From: Candidatus Parcubacteria bacterium
GTDB taxonomy: Bacteria > Patescibacteriota > Minisyncoccia > UBA6257 > 2-01-FULL-56-20
DNA length: 64,000 nucleotides
NCBI GenBank assembly: GCA_027355945.1
Contig: DAIEHA010000005.1
Location: 3,067-67,066, forward strand
Direction: 5' to 3'
Part shown: piece by piece, positions 48,769 to 57,605 of the stretch
Layout: each line of letters begins with the position of its first letter
Position numbering within the stretch: the first letter of the stretch is position 1
Position numbers and translations under genes: made by a program
Notes under the pieces: generated by a model
The model's input: only the letters and a program-made list of their open reading frames with translations
Database searches by the model: none
What the model was told of the DNA's origin: nothing

Positions 48769-48946
48769 ACCGTCAAAGGATGTGCACATGGCCTCGTGAA
48801 AACACGAAGGTCGCCTTTCTTTTTTGCGCATGTCTGGGGATCGCCACAGCGGGCGGTCTTTTGACCGTCCGCTGTAGGCTGTAGGCCCTGCGCCCTAGAC
48901 TGTAAGTCCCTAGGACGTAGGTGATCCCCCCATTTTTTTTGTCCCG

Positions 48947-51757
48947 TTACGGAAGCACGGGCATCGGGATGTCGAGCGACGGGCACTGGAGCATATTGAT
49001 CAGGCGCTGCGTCGTTTTATACACGTATCCCGTTGCGGCATTCTCATTCGGGAGGCCATAGGCAACCCATGGCGCAAGGATCTCCGTCGAGTACTTCGTC
49101 TGCAACTGCCTCACGGCCGCCTCGGATCTCGGTCCGTAATATCCGGTGAGAGGGATATTGAGACCCAGCTCCGCATTGAGGAATGCCTGGAGCTTCTTCA
49201 CTTCCGCCGGATCGTTCTGCGCCCCTCTCTGCCACATCGGAGCGATATAGCTCGAAAGATAATAGCCGCAGCTCGTGCTCGCACCAAGGACCTCGCCCTG
49301 CTCCGCAGGAAGCGCCGTCCCCGTTGACGATGGCATTCCCGGGGACACGACTTCTGTCGTTGTCGTGCCAAGCACTATGCCCGCGCCGAACCCGCCTCCG
49401 CCTCCCGCACCACCGGACGAGAATGGATTACCGCCACCGGCAGCAACGCTCACTACGGGGCCCGTGACGCCTCCTCCCGCCGTCCCGGCACTCCGCACTG
49501 CAATGCCTACCGATGCCGCGTTATCGAGTGGCGTGGGATCGATGAAACTGCCGAGCGTACTCGAGACGCTCACGCCGTTCATCAAGGTCCTTCCCTCCTG
49601 CCCGCCCCCAACCGTCATAGCGACGCTCATCGTGGCGGTCGCATGGGGGTCGAGCATCCCGATATCCCATTCGATGCCTCCGTTCACAAGCGATATCGTT
49701 CCTTGGGAGGATGTGGCCGCATTATAGCCGATGCCCTCATCCCAGAAATCTTTCGCGACCACGAAGGTCCCTTGGGCGCTGCCGTTGTTCACGACCTCTA
49801 TCGAATAGGTCACCGTGCCGCCTACGGATGGATCCGCGCGATCGACCATCTTTCTCACTGCGAAGTCCGGTGCGCCCATCGCCCCGCCCGCAACCGTCAC
49901 CGTGGTGCTCGCAACGTCATTCGAGGGATTTGGATCGATGCCCTCGCGCAGGTCCACCGAAGCGCGCACCGTGTTCACGATGGTCGTGGAAGGCTCTGCG
50001 GAAGGATCCACAAGGACCTCCATATCGAGATATGCCGTGGAGCTCGCGAGGAGACCTCCGATCGTCCATATCCCCGTGGAGCTCGCGTACGATCCTGCCG
50101 AGGTCGTCACTCCCACGAGGGAGATCGCGTCCGGCAGCGTATCAGCAGCGATCACTCCGTTCGCCGCATCGGGGCCGAGATTGGCCACTGTGATGCGGTA
50201 ATGGAAGGTCCCGCCCGCCGTGACCGTTGTGGCATCCGCCTCCTTTGCCACAGAAATGTCCGAGGAAGGCGACGGCAGCTGCGCATCGAACGATGCCGTC
50301 ACCGCGGTCGGTGCGGCGATCGCAAAGGAGCACGAGGTCGAGGTGCTCCCGTCGCATACATCACCGCTCCATCCCGTGAATGCGGAGGCATCGCGGGGCG
50401 TTGCCGTGAGCGTCACCATGGATCCCGTCACGAAATTATCCGTACAGGTTCCCGATGTGCATGCATCGATCCCCGGAGGATCGCTCGATACGCTTCCGTT
50501 CCCCGTTCCCGCGATCGTCACGTCGAGCATACTGTCCCCCGGCACGGGCCTCTCATTGAACACCGCGATCACGGTGCTTGCCGTCGTCACGGAATCGATC
50601 ACGAACGCGCACGAGGTCGAGGTCGAGGCCGCACAAGGGCCGGCGCTCCACGCGATGAAACTCGCATCGGCTGCCGGTGACGCCATGAGCGTCTCGATGG
50701 TTCCGATGCGGAACGGATAGGCGCAGGTCGAAGCGCCCGGATCGGCCGAATCACAATGAATGGTCCCCGATGCATCGGAGATCACCCCGTTCCCCGTACC
50801 TCCTGCAGCCGATACCGATAGCGCATACGTCCGTATCCCGAACGCCGCACTCACTTCCGCGTCCTCCGAAAGCACAAGCGTGCATGCCGAAGATGTCCCC
50901 GACGATGCGCACGCGCCTCCCCAGCCCTCGAAGGTCGATGTGGGCGCGTCAGGCGCTGCCGTCAACACCACCGTCGCACCATCCGAGAAATGGGCGTCGC
51001 AAATCGATCCCTCCGATCCGCAGGATATCCCCGGAGGATCGCTCGTGACCACCCCCGTCCCTTCGCCCGTCGTGCTCACCGTGAGCGTGTTCCGGGCGCC
51101 GTGCACGAACCACGCCGTGATCGCATGATCGGCGGTCACGTCATCGAAGGCGTAGGAATCCCCCGCAGGGACCGGGATCCCGTCCACCGTAAGGGCGTTC
51201 AGCACCTCTCCGTTCCCGGGAGTGATCGTGAATGTCTGCGTGCCGTGATATGCCACCGTGGTCGTGCCGAGCGGCAGAATGGCGCCCTCGCCGTTCACCG
51301 ACGCCACGATCCTCGGATCCACCGTCACGCTCGTCGTGGCAGCAGCATATTGAAGATTGTCCGGACTCACCTCGCCGTGATACACGAGTGCGGTAATCTC
51401 ATAGTTTCCCGGAGCGGCGTACGCATGCGACGCCGACCACTCAGCGGAAAATGCCTTGGGAGATGCCGTCGAGGATACGATCGCGAAATCCGCAAGCGGG
51501 ATCGTACTGCTTCCATCCCCCCACCCCGTGACTGCCGCATGCACAGCCCTCAGGGACCCCATATAGGGATTCGCGCCCGCGCTCCCCGTGAGGTCCAGGG
51601 TGCGGGACGATTCGTCGAACGATGCCGTCGTGATGTCTATGGAATAGCTCACGGGCACCCCTCCTTCTTCCGCCAAAACGGAAATAGAAGGCAGGGCGAT
51701 GCTCCCCACGGACATCGTCCCCCATGCCAATAGTTCCAACGTGATATTTTTTTTCAT
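48947..51757 (-). CDS. Very large (936 aa) secreted surface protein: InlB-B-like Cys repeats + DUF11-like domains + C-terminal peptidoglycan-binding-like domain
   Basis: Signal peptide. Repeated GTG.VTSDPPGI.CGS..C...F..G..VTLTA.P.A.S.F.GWGGAC units. A DUF11-like ISVAKEADATTVTAGGTFHYRITVANLGPD stretch. C-terminus ...AAVRQLQTKYSTEILAPW resembles a PG_binding_1 domain. Confidence 0.6.
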   Translation of the reverse strand: MKKNITLELLAWGTMSVGSIALPSISVLAEEGGVPVSYSIDITTASFDESSRTLDLTGSAGANPYMGSLRAVHAAVTGWGDGSSTIPLADFAIVSSTASPKAFSAEWSASHAYAAPGNYEITALVYHGEVSPDNLQYAAATTSVTVDPRIVASVNGEGAILPLGTTTVAYHGTQTFTITPGNGEVLNALTVDGIPVPAGDSYAFDDVTADHAITAWFVHGARNTLTVSTTGEGTGVVTSDPPGISCGSEGSICDAHFSDGATVVLTAAPDAPTSTFEGWGGACASSGTSSACTLVLSEDAEVSAAFGIRTYALSVSAAGGTGNGVISDASGTIHCDSADPGASTCAYPFRIGTIETLMASPAADASFIAWSAGPCAASTSTSCAFVIDSVTTASTVIAVFNERPVPGDSMLDVTIAGTGNGSVSSDPPGIDACTSGTCTDNFVTGSMVTLTATPRDASAFTGWSGDVCDGSTSTSCSFAIAAPTAVTASFDAQLPSPSSDISVAKEADATTVTAGGTFHYRITVANLGPDAANGVIAADTLPDAISLVGVTTSAGSYASSTGIWTIGGLLASSTAYLDMEVLVDPSAEPSTTIVNTVRASVDLREGIDPNPSNDVASTTVTVAGGAMGAPDFAVRKMVDRADPSVGGTVTYSIEVVNNGSAQGTFVVAKDFWDEGIGYNAATSSQGTISLVNGGIEWDIGMLDPHATATMSVAMTVGGGQEGRTLMNGVSVSSTLGSFIDPTPLDNAASVGIAVRSAGTAGGGVTGPVVSVAAGGGNPFSSGGAGGGGGFGAGIVLGTTTTEVVSPGMPSSTGTALPAEQGEVLGASTSCGYYLSSYIAPMWQRGAQNDPAEVKKLQAFLNAELGLNIPLTGYYGPRSEAAVRQLQTKYSTEILAPWVAYGLPNENAATGYVYKTTQRLINMLQCPSLDIPMPVLP

Positions 51758-51933
51758 TGTTGTCTGTTACTTTTTATCCGCGCACACCCGCACGGTTACC
51801 GACCCCATCCATATACCTAATACAATCCATGCCAAGGGGTATTACAGGACGATGCCCTCGGCGGAAGATCGCAAAAAGGCCCTCGTAAGGGCCTTACTTC
51901 CTCCTAATATCCTCGAACGGGTCCTTCCCGAGT

Positions 51934-52218
51934 TCAGCGGAACCCCATAGGAGCGTCCGGCGATGTTGCGGCGGATACTTTGCCGTGCGCATCCTCGTAG
52001 ACCTTCATCTGGGTTTGGAGCGCTTCGATGATCCTCTTCATATGTCCCGGACTCGTCACAAGGCGCGCGATCACCTGTCCCGAAGGAGGATTCATGCTCA
52101 CAAAGAGGAAATCCATCATGAATTCCTCGGAGGTGCTCGCCACCGCCATGAAGTTCGTATACCGTCCCTTCATTACTTCGTCGTCGGCCTTTATCGGCAA
52201 TGTGTTTTTTGTTTCCAT
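51934..52218 (-). CDS. DUF3467-family small protein
   Basis: GRYTNFMAVASTSEEFMMDFLFV resembles the DUF3467 core. Confidence 0.45.
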   Translation of the reverse strand: METKNTLPIKADDEVMKGRYTNFMAVASTSEEFMMDFLFVSMNPPSGQVIARLVTSPGHMKRIIEALQTQMKVYEDAHGKVSAATSPDAPMGFR

Positions 52219-52291
52219 GTGCTCAGTATAGCAAAACGCGCCGCAGATATGATGCGGACGTATAGGATGCGGATCCGGGTAGTATCGGGGA

Positions 52292-53446
52292 TCAGGCTCC
52301 CGGACGGGCGGCGATCGAATAATGATATGGGAATCCCTTCCCTCCTTTCACCTCCCTTACCTCGAATCCGGCGTCCGTGAGGCGCGCGGCGGCCTCTTTC
52401 GGTGAATACACATGGTCCGCGGGCGGTCCTACGGGACGATCCACCTCGGCGTTCCAGTCGATGAAGAGCGCCTCGCCATTCGCGGAGAGGAGATCCTTCA
52501 GCTCGTGAAGCGCCGCATCGCCGAGCTCATGCAGGACGTTCAACGCAAGGATGCGGTCCGCGGCATTCTTATAATTCCCGATCCCGCCGCCGGATACGAT
52601 CGCGATGTTTCCCAGCATTTTTGATTCCGGTTTTGCCCGCATGCGCTCGAGCATCGCGGACTGCTCGTCGAACGCGACGACCGCCGCATCGGGACGCCGC
52701 TGCGCGATCGCGATCGCATATGTTCCCGTACCTGTCCCGAAATCGATGATCGTCCCTCCGTGCGGAATGTCGAGCGCGGCGATCACGTCGTCCGGAGGCA
52801 CATATGCGAAACGCGAGGCATCGTCGAGGCCGGTCGCATGGGAGGGGTTGAACCGCTCATGCTGCTTCGCCCCATGCCGATCATCCGATAGCATCGCCGC
52901 ATCGTCGGCGTCGCATGCGAGAGGCTGCTCTATCTTCCGCGCGGTGAGCAGGATGCCGAACGCCATGAATCCCACGCCAAGGAACCCGAATTCCTGTCCC
53001 TTGAGGGGAAGGATATCGAGGAAGCCCGCGGTCGCACCCGCGCCAAGGAATGCCGATGCGACCACCGTGCCGCACGATGCGCATCCGACGCCGAGCAGGC
53101 CGAGAATGATGCCTCCGATCCCGATGCCCGCGGAACGCTCGAGCCGGAAGCGCGTCCTCAGATAGAATGCAAGGAATGCGGCATCCACCGCGAACAGTAC
53201 GGCGAGCGTCACCGTGAGTGTGCGCGAGAGCGGGGTGAAATTGGTATCAAGCGCGGAAAGCGACGATGCGAGTATCCCGAACTTCTCGCCGAAGGAGAGA
53301 TATCCGGAGGTGAGGGTGCTCCCGATGAACGAAAGATTGGGAAGCCATATCGCCGCAAGGAGCAGGAGGAGGCCGGCGACCACCCCTATGAGCGGATACC
53401 ATGGCCTGCTCAGAACCTTTTTGGATGCGGATATCAGTTCCTTCAT
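52292..53446 (-). CDS. Fusion protein: N-terminal polytopic membrane domain with intramembrane GVGCASCG motif + C-terminal class I SAM-dependent methyltransferase
   Basis: About 170 aa with 4-5 TM including GIGIGGIILGLLGVGCASCGTVVASAFLGAG. Then a Rossmann MT motif I (TIIDFGTGTGTYAIAIAQ) and post-I acidic residues. Confidence 0.55.
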   Translation of the reverse strand: MKELISASKKVLSRPWYPLIGVVAGLLLLLAAIWLPNLSFIGSTLTSGYLSFGEKFGILASSLSALDTNFTPLSRTLTVTLAVLFAVDAAFLAFYLRTRFRLERSAGIGIGGIILGLLGVGCASCGTVVASAFLGAGATAGFLDILPLKGQEFGFLGVGFMAFGILLTARKIEQPLACDADDAAMLSDDRHGAKQHERFNPSHATGLDDASRFAYVPPDDVIAALDIPHGGTIIDFGTGTGTYAIAIAQRRPDAAVVAFDEQSAMLERMRAKPESKMLGNIAIVSGGGIGNYKNAADRILALNVLHELGDAALHELKDLLSANGEALFIDWNAEVDRPVGPPADHVYSPKEAAARLTDAGFEVREVKGGKGFPYHYSIAARPGA

Positions 53447-53466
53447 GGGGTCGCGCGGCGATATGG

Positions 53467-54138
53467 TCAGGATCGTGCAAGATCCGCATTTATGATCTGC
53501 TCGAAGAATCCCACGGGCTGCGCCCCTGAGAATGCCTGCCCGTCGAGCCAGAACCCGGGCGTTCCCTGGATGCCGAGGCGCTGTGCATCAAGATAATCGG
53601 CATTTATGTCGGCTTGGTATGAGGAACCGTTCTTGTTTATGAGCGCAACGATATTCGTCGCATCGAGTCCGGGAACCGACTTCGTGATCGCAATGAGGTT
53701 CGCAGGACTCGCCCATCCGGACCCCTCCGCACCCTGCGCGGAAAAGACCGCATGCTGCCATGCATAATAGTTCGACGGCGAAGCCTCCCACACGGCGTGC
53801 GACATGCCCGCGGCCGTCGCAGAATCGGACCCGAGGAACACAAAGTCCTTGAATACGATGCGGAGCTTCCCCGTGTTCACATATTCCGCAACAAGCGAGG
53901 GAAGCGTCTGCGTATCGAATTTGCTGCAGAACGGACACTGGAAATCGCGCCAGTAATAAAGGGTGAGGGGCGCGGAAGGATTCCCGATATAGGGGTCGTG
54001 CTCCGCAGAGGGCGCGGCTACCCCGTTTTCCGCATTCGCGGAACCCCCATGGGAAGCGATCCCTACGTAGACGATCGCTCCCGCGACGATCACCGCGGAT
54101 GCAAGTATTGAAATGGCAAGGCTTCGCTGTTGGTTCAT
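53467..54138 (-). CDS. DsbA-family thiol:disulfide oxidoreductase (membrane-anchored)
   Basis: TM anchor followed by ...YYWRDFQCPFCSKFD... (CPFC active site) and a DsbA-type helical insertion. Confidence 0.7.
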   Translation of the reverse strand: MNQQRSLAISILASAVIVAGAIVYVGIASHGGSANAENGVAAPSAEHDPYIGNPSAPLTLYYWRDFQCPFCSKFDTQTLPSLVAEYVNTGKLRIVFKDFVFLGSDSATAAGMSHAVWEASPSNYYAWQHAVFSAQGAEGSGWASPANLIAITKSVPGLDATNIVALINKNGSSYQADINADYLDAQRLGIQGTPGFWLDGQAFSGAQPVGFFEQIINADLARS

Positions 54139-54233
54139 ATACGTTCCTTCACCGTTCTTATTTCCATGATCCCCCTTCCTTGAGGGGAGGTTCCCCGCAT
54201 CCGGAGAACCTCCCATGCACCGAACCCGCGCGC

Positions 54234-54431
54234 CTATGACCCCTTCTTCGTCGAGATATTGAGGAGCGAATAGAGCCCGCACCAGCCGATGGCACCCGTC
54301 GCGAGCGGCAAAATGCCGATCAATCCCCACCATGACTGGTAGAGATATCCCACCGCAAGGATGACGATACCGAGGACGATGCGGATCACGCGATCCGCCG
54401 TTCCCATGTTGTGCTTCATGTTATTTTCCAA
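54234..54431 (-). CDS. DUF2892 (YgaP C-terminal-like) small membrane protein
   Basis: ADRVIRIVLGIVILAVGYLYQSWWGLIGILPLATGAIGWCGLYSLL matches the DUF2892 pattern. Confidence 0.6.
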   Translation of the reverse strand: MENNMKHNMGTADRVIRIVLGIVILAVGYLYQSWWGLIGILPLATGAIGWCGLYSLLNISTKKGS

Positions 54432-55044
54432 TGCTCAGCAATTGATTCAAGCGACCTTTATCGAACCCGAGTATCAGGTCGAAATCGCCGCTGTCGTAGA
54501 TCACCTCGGTCTGAGGCACGCCGGTCTGGCCCGACCTGCGGATCATCTCCTCGGCAGCCTTTCGATCGGTGTCCACCATCACGAGATCGAACTTCACGTT
54601 GTTCTTCTCAAGGTATTCCTTCTCCATTTTGCAATAAGGGCAGGTGGCCGTCGAATAAAGCTTGACCTTCTCGATCTTCGGCTCGCCGACGCCGGCCGCC
54701 TCGTTCACGAGACCCTTCAGATCATTTTCCATCTCGGCGATCGTCGCCTCAAGGGCTTCCATCGCCTGCGTCCCCGAGAGAAGCTGGGGGTTCATGATGC
54801 CGACCGATGCCGCACCATCCTTCTCCTCCACCATGACGACCATCGGCACGAGGCCAAGCAGCATGCGATCCTCCTTGAGGATCGTCTCCGTCCTTTTTCC
54901 ATCGAGGAATTGGATGAGTACCCCTCCTCCGGGAAGCTTCGTCTCCCCCGTGACCGCCATGTTCCTTTTCTTGAGCCCCTCCTTCACTGCCGCAACCGCC
55001 TCGTCCGCAGAGCGCTTCGTGTTGCGGAAATATGCGATGTTCAT
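54421..55044 (-). CDS. DUF302 domain fused to glutaredoxin (NrdH/Grx-like, CPYC)
   Basis: An N-terminal DUF302-like region of about 120 aa, then KVKLYSTATCPYCKMEKEYL...GQTGVPQTEV. Confidence 0.55.
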   Translation of the reverse strand: MNIAYFRNTKRSADEAVAAVKEGLKKRNMAVTGETKLPGGGVLIQFLDGKRTETILKEDRMLLGLVPMVVMVEEKDGAASVGIMNPQLLSGTQAMEALEATIAEMENDLKGLVNEAAGVGEPKIEKVKLYSTATCPYCKMEKEYLEKNNVKFDLVMVDTDRKAAEEMIRRSGQTGVPQTEVIYDSGDFDLILGFDKGRLNQLLSIGK

Positions 55045-55058
55045 TGTCTTTGTTATTT

Positions 55059-55307
55059 TTATTTGACCACCGAAACGACTTTTTTTACGAATGGGATCTT
55101 CTCTTTCCGTATCCTGTAATATTTATCCCTGCCTTTCTTCGATTCCTCGACGATCCCCTTCTCCCGCAGCACCGAGAGGTGATAGGAAAGAAGCGTCTTC
55201 TTTATCCTTAGATATTCCCGGAGATCGCAGCCCGTCGCCGCATCACAGCCGAGAAGCTCCTGGAGGATCGCGATCCTTTTCTCATTGAACAGCCAGAGGT
55301 TCTTCAT
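55059..55307 (-). CDS. ArsR/SmtB-family transcriptional regulator
   Basis: NEKRIAILQELLGCDAATGCDLREYLRIKKTLLSYHLSVLREKGIVEE winged HTH. Start set at MKNLWLF. Confidence 0.7.
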   Translation of the reverse strand: MKNLWLFNEKRIAILQELLGCDAATGCDLREYLRIKKTLLSYHLSVLREKGIVEESKKGRDKYYRIRKEKIPFVKKVVSVVK

Positions 55308-55387
55308 CGCGTATAGTTTAATATATATTGAACTATATTCCGACGTGAAAGGACTGTCAAGCGCGGGCCCCCGGGACATCACTCAGG

Positions 55388-56476
55388 CTATCCCTTGCGT
55401 CCCTTGAACCGCGCCGCAAGCTCCCGCGCGATGCGCGCGTTCATATTCTTCCCCGCAAGCACGAGATAATTGTAGTCGGATGGATATCCCGCGAGCTCCA
55501 TGAATCCCACCCCTTTGACGCTCCGGCCCTGCACACGACCCGAGATCCTCACCGGACCCTCCCAATAATTGATCGCCCCGAATACCATCTCCCCGTCGTC
55601 CATCATGGCCGATGCATGGAGTTGCGCATCCCATTCGGGAATGCGGATCGTCCATTCGAGGGGATATTCCGCCTTTGTTTCCTTGCTCTTCGAGCGCCTC
55701 TCTCCCGGAAGAAACTCGGCGTGGACGGCGTGCCGCGACGCCCCCCGCGGACCCAGCATGTCCGCAATATGGTCCTTCCCCGTTCCATCATCATATTCCA
55801 CGCACATGATATCGGTCCCTCCCTCGAGCTGCATGGAGAACCACGTCCATCTGTCGTTCGCATACGGCGTATCCGCCCATTGATGGTCCATCCAGGCACG
55901 ACCCTCCACCGGGACCCATGCGCCGTCCCCGTCCTTCACCATGCCGGTCGCTGCGAGGTCTGTAAGCGAGTAATAGAAACTTTCCCTGCCGCGCACGGCG
56001 ATGAACCCTTTCCCTCCCTGCAGCATGGGTTTTTTTCTCGAAATGAGCGTAAGGTCGAGCGTCTCGGTCTTCAGATGGAATGTCCCCGGCACGGTCTCTT
56101 CCATCTCATGGACGACGAAACCTCCCGCGAACGAAAGCGGGTCGATATAGTTCGCATAGAGGCGCGGACGGGAGAATGTATCCCGCGACCCCATGGAGAC
56201 ATTCTGAATGTCCTTGAACGCCTTTTGTGCGCCGATGTCCGCAAGGACCGAATGCGCAAAGAGCGCGTAGGGCCCTCCGCCCGCACCAAAGACGTTCCGC
56301 AGATACGGGATGTTCGCCCGACGAACGTCCGCCCGAAAAAGGCAGTCCATGAAGGAAAACCTCCTTCCCCGGGGGCCCCGCAGATATCCATTGAAATACC
56401 ACCATTCGATGACGGCGTCATGCGGCAGCATATCTTCGGGGAACGTGATGGGGCGCGGCCTCATGGATGTATCCAT
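55388..56476 (-). CDS. CrtC/AttH-like lipocalin-type hydrolase/hydratase family protein
   Basis: HDAVIEWWYFNGYL matches the conserved EWWY motif of the CrtC / AttH family. Confidence 0.5.
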   Translation of the reverse strand: MDTSMRPRPITFPEDMLPHDAVIEWWYFNGYLRGPRGRRFSFMDCLFRADVRRANIPYLRNVFGAGGGPYALFAHSVLADIGAQKAFKDIQNVSMGSRDTFSRPRLYANYIDPLSFAGGFVVHEMEETVPGTFHLKTETLDLTLISRKKPMLQGGKGFIAVRGRESFYYSLTDLAATGMVKDGDGAWVPVEGRAWMDHQWADTPYANDRWTWFSMQLEGGTDIMCVEYDDGTGKDHIADMLGPRGASRHAVHAEFLPGERRSKSKETKAEYPLEWTIRIPEWDAQLHASAMMDDGEMVFGAINYWEGPVRISGRVQGRSVKGVGFMELAGYPSDYNYLVLAGKNMNARIARELAARFKGRKG

Positions 56477-56538
56477 TATATCTCCTCGCGCCCCACGGAG
56501 CCATCGGCCGCCGTTGCGCTCCTGCCGCCATTTGGCCG

Positions 56539-56544
56539 TATAAT
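56539..56544 (+). promoter_or_regulatory. TATAAT -10 box 6 nt upstream of an ATG (leaderless-type)
   Basis: ccgtataatgatgctATG. Confidence 0.35.
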
Positions 56545-56550
56545 GATGCT

Positions 56551-56958
56551 ATGGAACCTCAGTGTAGCGGACCGAAGACAGACGCCATACCGCAGCGGAC
56601 CCTCTATCGCCTGCTCGCCGACGGCGTGGCGGGATTCCATATATTCTGGACGCTTCTCGTTTTCGGGGGTGCGATCGCCATGATCGCCTTCCCCTCCTAC
56701 GCGTTCATGGAGATCCTCATCCTTTCGGTCACCCTCCTTGCCAGTCTTCCTTTGCGCTTCACCTGCCCCGTGACCCTCCTCGAAGGGTTGCTTCGGAAGA
56801 AGATCGATCCTTCCTATGACAACCAGGGATCGTTCATGGTCACCTACATCAATAGGATCACCGGGATGCATATCACCCGCCGCACCATGGACACCGCGAT
56901 CGGCGCCATCTATGTCCTCATCTACGCCTATGGCGTGCTTATGCTGATCTATCGATGA
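56551..56958 (+). CDS. DUF2784-family membrane protein
   Basis: FTCPVTLLEGLLRKK resembles the DUF2784 CPLT..E..LR motif. About 3-4 TM. Start set at MEPQC (the ORF opens at 56467 and overlaps the neighbouring gene). Confidence 0.45.
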   Translation: MEPQCSGPKTDAIPQRTLYRLLADGVAGFHIFWTLLVFGGAIAMIAFPSYAFMEILILSVTLLASLPLRFTCPVTLLEGLLRKKIDPSYDNQGSFMVTYINRITGMHITRRTMDTAIGAIYVLIYAYGVLMLIYR

Positions 56959-56959
56959 C

Positions 56960-57493
56960 ATGATCACCCCTCCGCGCCGGCGCTGGCAGAAAGTCGCATC
57001 CCTCGACGATCATGGGCCGATCCCCCTCACCAAAGAGGCCCACGCACGAATGAAGGCGAGGCTCGCAAGGATCAAGGCGCAGATCCCCGCACTCGCGGAG
57101 GAAGCGGGCGAGACCGCGGCGCTCGGCGACCGTTCCGATAATGCCGCGTACAAGGAGGCGAAATCCCTCCTCCGCCGCGCCCAGCGACAGGTGATCGCAC
57201 TCGAAGACCAGCTTACGAGGATCGTCGAGATCTCCCCGGGAACCGATGCCCACGGTGCCGTGCGGCTCGGCTCGACGGTCACCGTCGCTCTCTCTCCTGT
57301 CGAGGGCGATCCTCACAAGGGGGCCTCTTCCACGTACGTCATCGTCGGACCGTTCGAAACCGACCCTTTGTCGGGCCGTATCTCCCATAAATCCCCCCTT
57401 GGCGCAGCGCTCATCGGCAAGACCGCAGGCGACACCATCACCGTGCCCACCGCCCGGGGCGTACGCCGTTATACCATCATCGCGGTACGTTGA
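56960..57493 (+). CDS. greA: Transcription elongation factor GreA
   Basis: PIPLTKEAHARMKARL coiled-coil N-domain and a C-terminal FKBP-like ISHKSPLGAALIGKTAGDTI. Confidence 0.8.
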   Translation: MITPPRRRWQKVASLDDHGPIPLTKEAHARMKARLARIKAQIPALAEEAGETAALGDRSDNAAYKEAKSLLRRAQRQVIALEDQLTRIVEISPGTDAHGAVRLGSTVTVALSPVEGDPHKGASSTYVIVGPFETDPLSGRISHKSPLGAALIGKTAGDTITVPTARGVRRYTIIAVR

Positions 57494-57605
57494 AACGCCG
57501 CAGGAGAAGAAGGATGCCGCACTCCTTCCGGTGGCCGTCAAAATCTCCCCGGCGAGCGCCCCCCTCCTCCCGCAATCCTTCTTCAGGACGTGGTATAATG
57601 GCGGA

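Noticed and set aside
45273-48900. Integrase/transposase-bounded genomic island at tRNA-Gln
   Set aside because: No integrase, recombinase, transposase or obvious direct repeat of the tRNA 3' end was found by eye. Retained only as a compositionally distinct block.
48860-48915. Short degenerate tandem repeats (ctgtagg ctgtagg ... ctgtaag ... acgtagg) between SdpI-like gene and the large surface-protein gene
   Set aside because: Too short and degenerate to be a CRISPR or a defined repeat family. Probably low-complexity intergenic sequence, with a neighbouring 12-bp stem hairpin (48845-48874) acting as a terminator.
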